Shown: positions 28,563-38,250 of the stretch, in pieces | Layout of the letters: every line of letters begins with the position of its first letter | Position numbering within the stretch: position 1 is the first letter of the stretch | NCBI GenBank assembly: GCA_963798085.1 | Contig: CAWCRS010000002.1 | Coordinates: 288,001-352,000, forward strand | Source: an uncultured Gemmatimonadales bacterium | Lineage (GTDB): Bacteria; Gemmatimonadota; Gemmatimonadetes; Longimicrobiales; RSA9 | Length of the DNA: 64,000 nt | Direction: 5' to 3' | Program-made: the position numbers and the translations under genes | The notes under the pieces: model-generated | What the model saw: only the letters and a program-made list of their open reading frames with translations | The model's database searches: none | Told to the model about the DNA's origin: nothing

Positions 28563-30545
28563 ATGTGCAGGCGACGATTCTCCTTCACGCTCGCGTCGGT
28601 CTTCTGCCTCACCGGCGCATCCTCCGCCTTCGCGCAGGCGACAACCTCGGGGCCGCTGCGCCTGCCGAAGCTGTTCGCGGACGGCATGGTGGTGCAGCGC
28701 GACACGCGCATCCCCGTTCGCGGCTGGGCTTCGCCTGGCGCCGACATCAATGTGACGTTCAACCGCAATGTCCAGCATGGCTCCGCCGCCAGCAATGGGG
28801 AGTGGCAGGTGACATTTCCAGCCATGCCCGCCGGCGGCCCGTACGAGCTGACGGTCGAGAGCGGCGCCGAGCGCATTACACTGCACAATGTGCTGGTCGG
28901 CAATGTCTGGATCGCATCAGGGCAGTCCAACATGGAGTTGCGTGTCGCGGAGGCGAACAATGCGGCGCGCGAAATCGCGAACGCGCACGACCCGCAGCTG
29001 CGCCAGTTCAAGGTTCCCGATTCCTGGTCGTGGACGCCCGAATCCGACCTCGCCGGCGGCTCATGGACCGTCGCTGACCCGCAGCACGCGGGCGATTTCA
29101 GCGCCGTGGCGTACTACTTCGCGCGCGACCTGCGCACCACCATCCATGTGCCCATCGGTATCATCAACACATCGTGGGGCGGCAGCGCCATCGAGCCGTG
29201 GATCTCGCGCGCAGCGCTGGGCCTGGGCGACAGTGCATGGTCCGCCGTCGTGGACGGCGAGCGCGCATTTCAGGCCAGTGTCCGGGCTGGCCTGGAGGCG
29301 AAGCTCGGTGGACTGCCCGCGGCGGACAGCGGCCTCGTGAACGGCACCGCAGTCTGGGCCGATCCTGCGTACGATGATGCTGCCTGGACGATGCTGCCTG
29401 TGCCCGGCGCCTGGGAACGCGCCGGCTACCCGGGCCTCGATGGCGTTGCGTGGTACAGGACCACCGTCACGCTCTCCGCCGACGAGGCCGCACAGGGCGC
29501 CCGCCTGAGCCTGGCCACCGTCAATGATGCCGACATGACCTGGGTCAACGGCACACTCGTCGGCCAAACAGAGCGTTATAACCTGCCTCGGCTGTACGAC
29601 GTGCCTGCTGCCGCGCTGCACGCCGGCCGCAACGTGATCGCTGTGCGCGTGACCAATGGCGGCGGCAATGGCGGCATTATCGGACTGCCGTCGCAGGTCT
29701 TCCTCGAAACCGGTGTCGGGCGGCATGCGCTCGACCCGCAGTGGAGGTTCCGGGTGGCCCTCGTCTCCATCCGCGAAGACGGCCAGCACATCAACAAGAT
29801 TCCCACGATTCTCTACAACCGCATGCTTCACCCGCTGCTGCCCTTCCCCATTGCCGGCGTCCTCTGGTATCAGGGCGAGTCCAACGCCAACAACAATGCG
29901 CAGGCCTCCGCCTACCGCGCGCAGTTCGCCGCACTGATCACCAGCTGGCGCAACGAATGGCAGGGTGGCAGCGGCGGACGCGGCGGGCGGAAGGACTTCC
30001 CGTTCCTGTGGGTGCAGCTGCCCAATTTCGGCGCCGTCGACTCGGTGCCGCCGCTGCACGCCGCCTGGGCCACCATGCGCGCGTCGCAGAGCGCCGCGCT
30101 GGCGCTGCCCGCCACCGGCCAGGCCATCACCATCGACATCGGCGACCCCGGCAACATCCACCCGCGCGACAAACAGGATGTTGGCAAGCGCCTCGCGCTG
30201 CTCGCACGCGCCGTGGCCTACGGGCAGGCCGTGGAGTCCCGGGGCCCGACCTACCGCCGCCACAGCATCAGCGGCGGCCGCGTCACCATCGAGTTCGACC
30301 ACAGCGCCGGCGGGCTCGTGTCGCATGCGCCGGATAACACACTGCCAGGATTCGCCATTGCCGGCGCCGATCACAACTTCGTGGCGGCGCAGGCCCGGAT
30401 CGAAGGAAATCGTGTCGTCGTGTGGAATGCGAGTGTGCCGCAGCCGGTGGCCGTGCGTTACGCCTGGAGCAACAGCCCGCCGAACGCCAGCCTCTACAAC
30501 CAGGCCGGTCTGCCGGCGCCGCCCTTCCGCACCGACACGTGGTGA
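28563..30545 (+). CDS. Sialate O-acetylesterase family protein
   Basis: VWIASGQSNME, WGGSAIE, WYQGESNA, IHPRDKQDVG, VRYAW. Confidence 0.92.
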   Translation: MCRRRFSFTLASVFCLTGASSAFAQATTSGPLRLPKLFADGMVVQRDTRIPVRGWASPGADINVTFNRNVQHGSAASNGEWQVTFPAMPAGGPYELTVESGAERITLHNVLVGNVWIASGQSNMELRVAEANNAAREIANAHDPQLRQFKVPDSWSWTPESDLAGGSWTVADPQHAGDFSAVAYYFARDLRTTIHVPIGIINTSWGGSAIEPWISRAALGLGDSAWSAVVDGERAFQASVRAGLEAKLGGLPAADSGLVNGTAVWADPAYDDAAWTMLPVPGAWERAGYPGLDGVAWYRTTVTLSADEAAQGARLSLATVNDADMTWVNGTLVGQTERYNLPRLYDVPAAALHAGRNVIAVRVTNGGGNGGIIGLPSQVFLETGVGRHALDPQWRFRVALVSIREDGQHINKIPTILYNRMLHPLLPFPIAGVLWYQGESNANNNAQASAYRAQFAALITSWRNEWQGGSGGRGGRKDFPFLWVQLPNFGAVDSVPPLHAAWATMRASQSAALALPATGQAITIDIGDPGNIHPRDKQDVGKRLALLARAVAYGQAVESRGPTYRRHSISGGRVTIEFDHSAGGLVSHAPDNTLPGFAIAGADHNFVAAQARIEGNRVVVWNASVPQPVAVRYAWSNSPPNASLYNQAGLPAPPFRTDTW

Positions 30546-31840
30546 CCAGGCCTGGCATGGTGCTGCTCGCGCACACGCACGGCGCCCGATCGCATTCCAG
30601 GCGACGATACGGCCTCGGCCGCCGCACCCTCTGCCTGCGCATCGCTCTCTTTGCCATCCTGCTGGCGGCCGCGTGCGCACGGCCGCAGACCGGCGCCACG
30701 CAGAACACGCGCTGGATCGCCACCTGGGAGGCGCCGCCGCAGCTGACGGAAACGCGCAACCTGCCGCCTCCGCCCGGTCTCGCCAACAGCACATTACGGC
30801 AGCGCCTGCACGTGTCGCTGGGCGGACCGCGCGCTCGGCTGCGCCTGTCCAATGAGTTCGGCGATGGCCCGCTCACCATCGCCGCCGCGCGCATGGCGCT
30901 GCCCGCGGGCGCCGGCGCCATCCAGCCCGGCAGCGACCACGCCCTCACCTTCGGCGGGCAGGCCGGCATCACGATTCCGGCCGGGACCGCCGCCACATCG
31001 GACGCGTTCGACTACGACATTGCGCCACTGTCCGACGTCGTCGTCAGCCTGCGCATCACCGTCATGCCTGCCGCCGTGACGGGGCACCCGGGCTCGCGCA
31101 CCACTTCGTTCCTGCAATCGGGCGACTGGTCCGCAGCCCCACAACTGCCATCCCCCGCGACCACCGAGCACTGGTACGTGATCAGCGGACTCGAGGTGCT
31201 CGCGCCGGCCCGAGCCAGAGCCATTGCAGTACTCGGCAATTCGATTACCGATGGACGCGGCTCCGGCACCGACCGTGATGATCGCTGGCCCGATAACCTG
31301 TCGAGGCGCCTGCAGAGCGACGCGCGTACCCGCGACATCGCCGTGCTGAATGCCGGCATTGGCGGCAATTGCGTGGTACAGGGCGGACTCGGGCCCACCG
31401 CGCTGCAACGATTGGATCGCAATGTGCTCGAACAGCCCGGCGGCCATTGGCTGATCGTGCTCGAGGGCGTCAACGACATCGGTACTGCCGGGCCGGGCGA
31501 TGCGTCCGCTCGCGTGGCGCAGGACCTGATCGCCGCGTATCGCCAGATCATCGACCGTGCCCATGCGCGAGGTCTGCGCGTCTACGGCGCGACCATCCTG
31601 CCCTTCGGTGGATCCTTTTACGACAATCCCGACCACGAGGCGGCGCGTCAGACCGTCAACCAGTGGATCCGCACGAGCGCTGCATGGGACGCGGTCATTG
31701 ATCTGGACGCGGTGGTGCGTGATCCCGCCGCGCCCGCGCATCTGCTCGCCTCGGCCGACAGCGGCGACCACCTGCACCCCGGCGAACAGGGCTATCGCAT
31801 GATCGCGGACGCGATCGACCTCGGCCTCTTCGTCGACTAA
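30542..31840 (+). CDS. SGNH/GDSL hydrolase
   Basis: LGNSITDG, NAGIGGN, LEGVND, DHLHP. GTGA overlap with the upstream stop. Confidence 0.9.
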   Translation: MTRPGMVLLAHTHGARSHSRRRYGLGRRTLCLRIALFAILLAAACARPQTGATQNTRWIATWEAPPQLTETRNLPPPPGLANSTLRQRLHVSLGGPRARLRLSNEFGDGPLTIAAARMALPAGAGAIQPGSDHALTFGGQAGITIPAGTAATSDAFDYDIAPLSDVVVSLRITVMPAAVTGHPGSRTTSFLQSGDWSAAPQLPSPATTEHWYVISGLEVLAPARARAIAVLGNSITDGRGSGTDRDDRWPDNLSRRLQSDARTRDIAVLNAGIGGNCVVQGGLGPTALQRLDRNVLEQPGGHWLIVLEGVNDIGTAGPGDASARVAQDLIAAYRQIIDRAHARGLRVYGATILPFGGSFYDNPDHEAARQTVNQWIRTSAAWDAVIDLDAVVRDPAAPAHLLASADSGDHLHPGEQGYRMIADAIDLGLFVD

Positions 31841-31906
31841 CCAGCCGTTTGGCCCGGCCACCGGCCAGCCCGGCGGCCCGCCGGTTCAATCACGCCGGGC
31901 CCGCCC

Positions 31907-32488
31907 TCAGCGCTGGCTCCAGGGCGGCACCACCCGGTTCATGCGGGCATACGCGATGGCCTGGCCCAGGTGTTCGTGCATGTCGTTGGCCATCAGCGTG
32001 AAGGCTGTGCCCAGGTCCACGTTCAGCCCGAAAAAGCTGACCTGGCGCGCGCGATCGGCCGCGCTCGCACCCCGCACGATACCCAGCAGGCTGCCGAAGG
32101 AACGCTCGACCTCGGTCGCCATCCGGGCGCGCGTCAGTCCCCCAATCCTCGCCTGCTCGGCGTTGAATGATGGGTCGGGCACCCAGCTCGGCTTGTCGAA
32201 CTTCCACATGGTGGGAAACAGCGTGGCTTCATTCACGATCAGCGTGAACACCTCACGCACCGAGCGCACGCCTTCCATCGGGCGCCAGTCGTACGTGCTG
32301 TCCGGAAAGGCCTTCGCCAGCGCCAGGAACTTGTCGCGCAGCTGCTCGATGTCCGCCACCTGCGCCTCGGCGGACGTCCTGGTGCCGCCGCCCATGTACT
32401 GGGCCGCTGCCGGCGAGCGCACGCCTGCCGTTGCCGCCAGCGCTGCCGCCGCCCACCACTGCCATCGGAACTGAATCCGGCTGGACAT
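31907..32488 (-). CDS. DinB family protein (exported)
   Basis: YDWRPMEGVRSVREV...MHEHLGQAIAYAR. Confidence 0.85.
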   Translation of the reverse strand: MSSRIQFRWQWWAAAALAATAGVRSPAAAQYMGGGTRTSAEAQVADIEQLRDKFLALAKAFPDSTYDWRPMEGVRSVREVFTLIVNEATLFPTMWKFDKPSWVPDPSFNAEQARIGGLTRARMATEVERSFGSLLGIVRGASAADRARQVSFFGLNVDLGTAFTLMANDMHEHLGQAIAYARMNRVVPPWSQR

Positions 32489-33045
32489 CGTGACCTCCGT
32501 GCGCGTTCCCGTTCCTGCGGGTGCGCCTGTATAACGCACCGTTGCGTGTCATGCGGACGCGCAGTGTCGGGCCCCGGTGCGCGCACGGGCAAAGCCCCAG
32601 TGACGAGTGCGGGGCGGGATCATGCCGGATCTCCGCCCGCCGTGACGGGCCGTTGCCGCGCGCAAGACAGTGTTGTGGCGAATCGCCGGCCAATGGCGAG
32701 GCGGTCAGGGCCAGATCGTGCGCCAGTGCTCCCGCGCCGGATGAACGGCCGCGCCAATCACGCCGCCGACGGCGGCGCCCACGCCAAAGCCGATGGCCAG
32801 CGCCCGGCCCGGCTTGCACGCTGCGCCGCACAGAAACGCGTTCCCCAGCAGCGCGAGCAGACCGAAAGGGCACGCCGCCCTTCAACCAGCGAATGCACAG
32901 GCGCTGCTCTGCGGATTGCTGCTGCGCCCGCACGCTCAATGCGGGCGGCCTCCTCGCCGCCGCATTCGAGCCGGCAGCGCAGCAGCCGGCAGCCACGCGG
33001 ATGCCGCCACGCAGCACCAGCGAGCCTGTGACCGGGCGCGCAAGA

Positions 33046-33831
33046 TCAGTGCGGCACCGGGCTGCGCGGCCGCGCCGCGCCGTACGTCTTGAACGACAGC
33101 GCGCGCAACTGCGTGCCTGCGCCGGTACCCGGGTCAATGCGCAGCAACACGCCGTTAGGAACACTGATGTTTGCCCCGTCCGTGAGTCCGTACAGCTGAC
33201 CGTCCACGAACACCAGACCCCAGACGTTTGGATAGCCAATGTTCCCGGCGCTGCCTGCGGGCGTTGCCTCACCCGTCGTCGTATTCACGGTCACCAGCAT
33301 GTCCGGCGTGCCCACGCCGAGTATCGTGGCGTACAGCGTGCCATTCGCTGCGTAGGCAATGTCGCCGCTGGAGAGCAGCGAATGGCCGTAGTTGCCCACC
33401 AGTGTCGCCAGGCCGGTCACCGTGTCGATCACGGAGAGGCTGCCCGCCAGGCCCGCGCCCATCAGCTGGCCATTGGGCGCGAACGTCAGCGCGTTCATGT
33501 CGGTCGCGCCCAGCGTGCCAATGCGCGTCGCCAGTGCGGTCGCCGGGTCGATCCGGTACAGCTCCTCGGATGTAACGGCCCATAACCCGCCGTTGGGCGC
33601 GAGCGCAAGGTCGGTCAGCTGCAGGTTGACGCCAGCCGACGTGTGTATCGGCGCAATCATCGAATCCGTGCCGGTCGCGCTGAGCGGCACGCGGTAGAGG
33701 ATCGAGAGAAAGCCGCCGACGGCGTAGATGGCGTTGCGTGGCTTCTGCGACTGGCCGGGGCCGGTCGAGTCCTTGCAGGCACTCGTGAAGGCACACGCCA
33801 GCAGGATTGCAAGGGAAACGGGACGCCGCAT
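33046..33831 (-). CDS. Beta-propeller-like lipoprotein
   Basis: Lipobox TSAC. Repeated LYRIDPATALAT / IDTVTGLAT / VNTTTGEAT blades. Confidence 0.75.
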   Translation of the reverse strand: MRRPVSLAILLACAFTSACKDSTGPGQSQKPRNAIYAVGGFLSILYRVPLSATGTDSMIAPIHTSAGVNLQLTDLALAPNGGLWAVTSEELYRIDPATALATRIGTLGATDMNALTFAPNGQLMGAGLAGSLSVIDTVTGLATLVGNYGHSLLSSGDIAYAANGTLYATILGVGTPDMLVTVNTTTGEATPAGSAGNIGYPNVWGLVFVDGQLYGLTDGANISVPNGVLLRIDPGTGAGTQLRALSFKTYGAARPRSPVPH

Positions 33832-34107
33832 GGGAAAACTCCAGATCAGGGTTGAACGCTGCTCCGGCAAGCAACCCTATAGTGCGCGTTCCGGTTCCTG
33901 AAACCGTCACGACCCACACTTCGCCGGAGCGCTGCGCTCCGTCCCCTGCCCTGCCGGCCATTCCGCCGGAGGCTTCCGCCTGCTGGCGGCCGCGCACGAG
34001 CCCGCGACGCCATGACTGGCCGCGGCCGGGCTCACGGGCAACGCGCCCCAGGTCGAAGAGCGCGGCTCGGCGCGCGCACCGGCACGTTCCATATAGTCAG
34101 CGGGGCA

Positions 34108-35484
34108 TCAGTTCGCGTCTTTCCGCGTGTGCATTCCGGACAGCACCTCATCTACCCAGGCTTTCATCTCCGGGTACGCGTCGACGCGGGCGCCAAGCGC
34201 AATGAGCGCTCGCACAACAGCGGGATAGTCGATACCGTCGACCGGCGAGTGGACCGCGAACCACAGGGTGCTGTCCAGCACCGTGCCGCCGTAGCGGTTC
34301 AGCGTTTCCAGTGACGCGCCGTGCGCGATCAGCTGGCGCACGAGGTCGAGTCGCCCACGGGCGGCGGCCGTGTGGAGCGCGGTCATGTCTCCATCCGCGC
34401 CGGCTGCATCGACGCCCTTCCGCAGCAGCAGTTCGACGACGTCGCCACGACCGTAGCGGCAGGCCCATGTCAGCGCGTAACCCAGATGCACGGCGGGATC
34501 CTGCGGCAGGTGCGGCCACGGGACATCGACCAGAGGCGAGCCCGGCAACAGTCTGCCGTTGTCGTCGACGAAGCGGTCCACGAGATCAGCACGACCCATG
34601 GCCGCGGCCGAGATCACGTTGTCGGTGCGCGCGCCGCGCAACACCAGCGTTTCAGCTGCCCGCGGATACCCGAACATGAGCGACGTCATCAGCGGCGAGC
34701 CGTCGTCCGCCACGCCGTTGATCGCCGCGCCATGGTTCAGCAGCACCTCGACCAGTGCGCTCTGCACGCCCACAGCGTGCGGATGCACGCTCGACACCAG
34801 CATCTCCATCGTGGTGCACTGGTGGTCGTACATGCTGGCCAGCGCATCCGCCGCGGCGCCGGCCTCGAGCAGCACCGTCGCGATCGCGACGGCGTTGCGC
34901 GGCGAGCGCTGGCGGAAGCCCTCGTGGCCGTTGGCTGCGGTGTAATGCAGCAGTGTGGCGCGGTGCTCGCGTGTCGACCTCGCGTGCACGAGTCGCGGGC
35001 TTGCGTCGATCAGGCGCTGCACGGTCGCCAGGTCACCCGTCACAATGGCGTCGGCCGCTGTTTCGAAGTCCGACACCGCGGACCCCGGCTGGTCGCGCGA
35101 TGCAATGTGCTTCACGAACTTCGGCCAGGACTCAAAACCATGCAGTCGCGCGATGACGAGCTGTGCCTCGGAGAGCTGCAGTCGTGCCGGCGCACCGTCC
35201 GCCGGCAGCAGGCGTGAGCGACGCACGTCTTCCACGACTGCGTTCGCTTCGCGATCCATTCTTGCCGCGTCCGGTTCGCTGGCATGGCTGCGCCCGACCC
35301 ACGCCGGCGGCGCGCTCGCTGACTGTAACCGGGCGAGTCGCCGGATCCATGCCGCGGCCCAGGCGAGGACCGCACCGGCATCGCCCGTGTGCGCTGCCCC
35401 GAGCAGATCCCTGGCCAGTGTTCTGTATTGCGCGAGATTCGGGCGAGGTGCGAGCGGGATGGCGTCGGTGAAGCGGGTCTTCAT
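34108..35484 (-). CDS. Ankyrin-repeat protein with conserved N-terminal helical domain (copy C)
   Basis: N-terminus PRPNLAQYRTLARDLL...LSEAQLVIARLHGFESW. Ankyrin motifs ATLLHYTAA, TALHTAAARG. Confidence 0.9.
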   Translation of the reverse strand: MKTRFTDAIPLAPRPNLAQYRTLARDLLGAAHTGDAGAVLAWAAAWIRRLARLQSASAPPAWVGRSHASEPDAARMDREANAVVEDVRRSRLLPADGAPARLQLSEAQLVIARLHGFESWPKFVKHIASRDQPGSAVSDFETAADAIVTGDLATVQRLIDASPRLVHARSTREHRATLLHYTAANGHEGFRQRSPRNAVAIATVLLEAGAAADALASMYDHQCTTMEMLVSSVHPHAVGVQSALVEVLLNHGAAINGVADDGSPLMTSLMFGYPRAAETLVLRGARTDNVISAAAMGRADLVDRFVDDNGRLLPGSPLVDVPWPHLPQDPAVHLGYALTWACRYGRGDVVELLLRKGVDAAGADGDMTALHTAAARGRLDLVRQLIAHGASLETLNRYGGTVLDSTLWFAVHSPVDGIDYPAVVRALIALGARVDAYPEMKAWVDEVLSGMHTRKDAN

Positions 35485-35608
35485 ACGAAGCTCCTTTCAG
35501 GGAAATCGCCTGGAGTCCGCACAAAGCAGGCTGAAAGAAGTTTCGTAACTTCGGCTGTTGTGCTTCCGGGTGGGCACGGCCCTTTCCGCGGACTGGATGC
35601 GCCCCGAG
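35485..35608 (-). ncRNA. Conserved structured 5' leader RNA, copy C
   Basis: CTCGGGGCGCATCCA-GTCCGC-GGAAA-GGGC cgt GCCC-A-CCCGG...CTTCTTTCA-GCCTG ctttgt GCGGAC tc CAGGC gatttccc TGAAAGGAG cttcgt ATG. Confidence 0.82.
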
Positions 35609-35618
35609 CGCTGCGCTC

Positions 35619-35647
35619 AAACTGGCATCGCGGGGCGGCCCGGACAA
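35619..35647 (-). promoter_or_regulatory. sigma70-like promoter of leader C
   Basis: TTGTCC, 17 bp spacer, CAGTTT. The -10 is weak, so support is mainly positional conservation. Confidence 0.45.
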
Positions 35648-35713
35648 GGCACCTTCACACGCAACGTGCCGCTGCACGGATGGCCTGGCGCGCAAGCCCG
35701 GCGTGCGCGTGAC

Positions 35714-36616
35714 TCAGGTCGTCTGCCAGAGCGCGTACGCCACCACCGCGATCACCCAGCCCGCGAGCACAATGTTGAACGCGATCATCAGCCCAAGACC
35801 GCTCCCGATCGCACGCCCCCAGCGGTGCCGGTACGCCCGCCGCAGTGACAGGATCAGGTGTAGCAAGGCAGCCAGCGTGAGGAACCCGACGACATAGCGA
35901 TCGACGGCAACCGGCAGCAGTCGCTCGATGCCCATGGCGAGCATGAAAAACGCGATCCAGTTCAGGGCGAATACCAGGTGCAGCAGTGGCGGATGCCTCG
36001 GGCTGAACAGGAACAGCGCCAGGGCAAAGGCCAGAATCGAACCGATCATGAAAGGCGGCAGCCCCTGGCTGACCGCCGAGCGGAAACGCTCCCGGAACAG
36101 ATCCGGCGATACTCCGCGCGCGGAAAGCGCCGCCAGCTGCTCCGTCGAGATGCTCTGGAACGTCTTTACGCTGCTCAGCGAACTGACGATCTGATTGTCC
36201 GGCGTAACCTGAACGAACGGACGGAGCGAGTTGGCAAGGAAGAAGACGGCCGCAGCCAGCAGGTACAGCTGCAGCGGCTGCATGTAGCGCGCGCGCCGTC
36301 CTCCCAGGAACGCGACCGTCAGCTCGCCAGGTCGAAACACGAGATCGAGCAGACTGCGCACCGGCCGCGAGCGGATGTCGAGCACGTCGCTCAGCGACTC
36401 GGCCAGGAACGCTCTCAACGAATTGCCGCCGCGCTCCGCGCCCTGACCGCACTGATGGCAGAACGGACCCAGCAGCGCTGCGCCGCAACTGGCGCAGCCG
36501 GCAGCGGATTCCTCACCCTCTCCGAATGGCGTGTTAGCAGGACTGCTTTGTCGTGACACGTCAGCGCGTCCAGCTGGCGCAGCCCGGGCGGTACGTCCAC
36601 GGCGACTGCCCGCCAC
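35714..36616 (-). CDS. DUF3667-like membrane protein with zinc ribbon (start may be GTG 36559)
   Basis: CASCG...FCHQCGQ, RPGELT.AFL.GRRARY..P.QLYL, TM helices. Confidence 0.8.
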   Translation of the reverse strand: MAGSRRGRTARAAPAGRADVSRQSSPANTPFGEGEESAAGCASCGAALLGPFCHQCGQGAERGGNSLRAFLAESLSDVLDIRSRPVRSLLDLVFRPGELTVAFLGGRRARYMQPLQLYLLAAAVFFLANSLRPFVQVTPDNQIVSSLSSVKTFQSISTEQLAALSARGVSPDLFRERFRSAVSQGLPPFMIGSILAFALALFLFSPRHPPLLHLVFALNWIAFFMLAMGIERLLPVAVDRYVVGFLTLAALLHLILSLRRAYRHRWGRAIGSGLGLMIAFNIVLAGWVIAVVAYALWQTT

Positions 36617-36736
36617 AGCCGACGTCCCCCCTGGCGATGTTCATGGCACACACCTCAGAGGCAAACGCGTTCAGCCACCAGACCTCCTTCGGGTCGGCCA
36701 GTGATTCGATGGCCAGGCGCTCGTGTGGAATGTGCA

Positions 36737-38116
36737 CTATTGCGGCGCCTCGCGGGCAGAGTCAACCACGGGCTGGCTGAACATCAGCTCGATACCATCC
36801 GGGTCGCGGATGCCGAACTCGCGCTGCCCGTAGAAAGCGGTGTGCAGGTCCTGCGTGAACCGTATCCCGGGACCGGATGGCGACGCCGCTCTTCCCGCAT
36901 GCTCCCGCTCGATCTGCCGGCGCCTGAGCGTCGCGTACAACGCATCGAGCCGGTCCGTGCGGATCCACAGGCTGAGCGCCGTGGTGGCGCCTCGCCAGGG
37001 ATCGCTCGACGGCACGAACATGATGTTGGCGGCACCGAAAGACAGGTGCGCCCAGTCCAGCCGGCCGTCCTCCGCGTGGCTGTCGCTCAGCACGAATCCG
37101 ATCGCCTGGTACCAGTCCACCGTGGCCGCCATGTCGCGCACACCCACCATGGGCGTGAGGCCGCCCACTGATGCGGCCAGGCTCGCCGCATCCACACGCG
37201 GCGTTGCGGGTGGCTCGGGCTCGGTTGCGCCCGCTTCGCGCAGCAGACGCATGGCCTCGCGGTCCCCGCGCAGCATCGCGATCTCGAGCGGCGTGCGTCC
37301 CTTCGCATCGCGCGCCTCCACGTCCGCACCCAGCGCGAGCAGCAGCTCGAGCGTGTGGTAGTGCTCGCCCGTGCGGAACAGGCCGCCCACGAGTCCGTCC
37401 GGCGGCGCGATCACGTAGTGCAACGCCGTCTGCTCCTGCTCGAAGCGTGACAGCCGGCGGCGAATGGCGTTCGGATCGTGGGCGACGACGCTCTTCACGA
37501 TCCCGGCTTCGCCCATGGCAATCGCCGAGAAGATGTGGTGGCGCGCACCGCGCGAGACGAGCAGTGCCACCACATCGCGGCGCGCCTCTCCGAACACGGT
37601 GGCGGCTCCGATCACGTCCAGCTGATGCACATCGCCGTACCCGTGCACATCCGACCCGCCGTCCAGCAGTGCGCGCACGGACTCGATCGGCCCGTGTCCA
37701 GCCGCGCCGTGCAGCGGCAGCGCATGGTCGCCGGCATCGCGCGCGTTCGGGTACGCGCCCCGCTCCAGCAGCAGCTGCACCGCGTCCGGGTGGCGCACCG
37801 CCAGGTGCAGTCCGGTGGTGCCTTCGCGACTGCGTGCCGTGACGAGGTGAGGATCCTGATCGAGCAGAGCACGCAGCGCAGCGGTGTCGCCTGCGACACA
37901 CGCCGCGAACCACGCGTCCTGTGCGGGAACATTGCGACGGTCCAGCTCGGCCTTCAGTGCCCGCCAGCTCGGAAATCCGTGCTCGCGCGCAACGGCCCGC
38001 TGCGCTTCGCTGAGACGCGCCGTCGGTTGCGTCGCGCGCAGCTCGCGCAGCCGTTCCTTGGCCAGCTTGCGCAGGTACTCGAGGGATGGACGTTCAGGAA
38101 GATCGATGCCCGGCAT
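36737..38116 (-). CDS. Ankyrin-repeat protein with N-terminal helical domain and C-terminal VOC domain (copy D)
   Basis: N-terminus PERPSLEYLRKLAKERL...AQRAVAREHGFPSW, ankyrins, C-terminus VRDMAATVDWYQAIGF...YGQREFGIRDPDG. Confidence 0.9.
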   Translation of the reverse strand: MPGIDLPERPSLEYLRKLAKERLRELRATQPTARLSEAQRAVAREHGFPSWRALKAELDRRNVPAQDAWFAACVAGDTAALRALLDQDPHLVTARSREGTTGLHLAVRHPDAVQLLLERGAYPNARDAGDHALPLHGAAGHGPIESVRALLDGGSDVHGYGDVHQLDVIGAATVFGEARRDVVALLVSRGARHHIFSAIAMGEAGIVKSVVAHDPNAIRRRLSRFEQEQTALHYVIAPPDGLVGGLFRTGEHYHTLELLLALGADVEARDAKGRTPLEIAMLRGDREAMRLLREAGATEPEPPATPRVDAASLAASVGGLTPMVGVRDMAATVDWYQAIGFVLSDSHAEDGRLDWAHLSFGAANIMFVPSSDPWRGATTALSLWIRTDRLDALYATLRRRQIEREHAGRAASPSGPGIRFTQDLHTAFYGQREFGIRDPDGIELMFSQPVVDSAREAPQ

Positions 38117-38240
38117 GATACCCTTCCTTCCGTGGTGCCCGGTGTCCGCGTTGCTCGGGCTGGAAGTCAGGGTCGCTGACCGATGATGACGTCATCCGGG
38201 TGGGTTCAACCCTTTACGCGGACCGACGGCCGCCCTGCCG
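38117..38240 (-). ncRNA. Conserved structured 5' leader RNA, copy D
   Basis: GGCAGGGCGGCCGTCG-GTCCGC-GTAAA-GGGT tga ACCC-A-CCCGG...ACCCTGACTTCCA-GCCCG agcaac GCGGAC ac CGGGC acca CGGAAGGAAGGGT atc ATG. Confidence 0.8.
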
Positions 38241-38250
38241 GCCGGCAGTG

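Noticed and set aside
32540..33040. Long intergenic stretches (also 53290-53810 and 59870-60380) as ncRNA loci
   Set aside because: No recognisable motif, repeat or leader core found by eye.
35485..35608. Leader motif as a ZMP/ZTP (pfl) or cobalamin riboswitch
   Set aside because: The topology (junction strand pairing with a distal hairpin loop across a variable linker) is reminiscent, but the conserved nucleotides I recall for those families are absent and the downstream genes do not fit. Only cmscan can settle it.
1972..38240. Leader copies as REP/MITE-type mobile repeats
   Set aside because: No terminal inverted repeats or target duplications. Each copy is sense-oriented between a promoter and the ATG of the same protein family.
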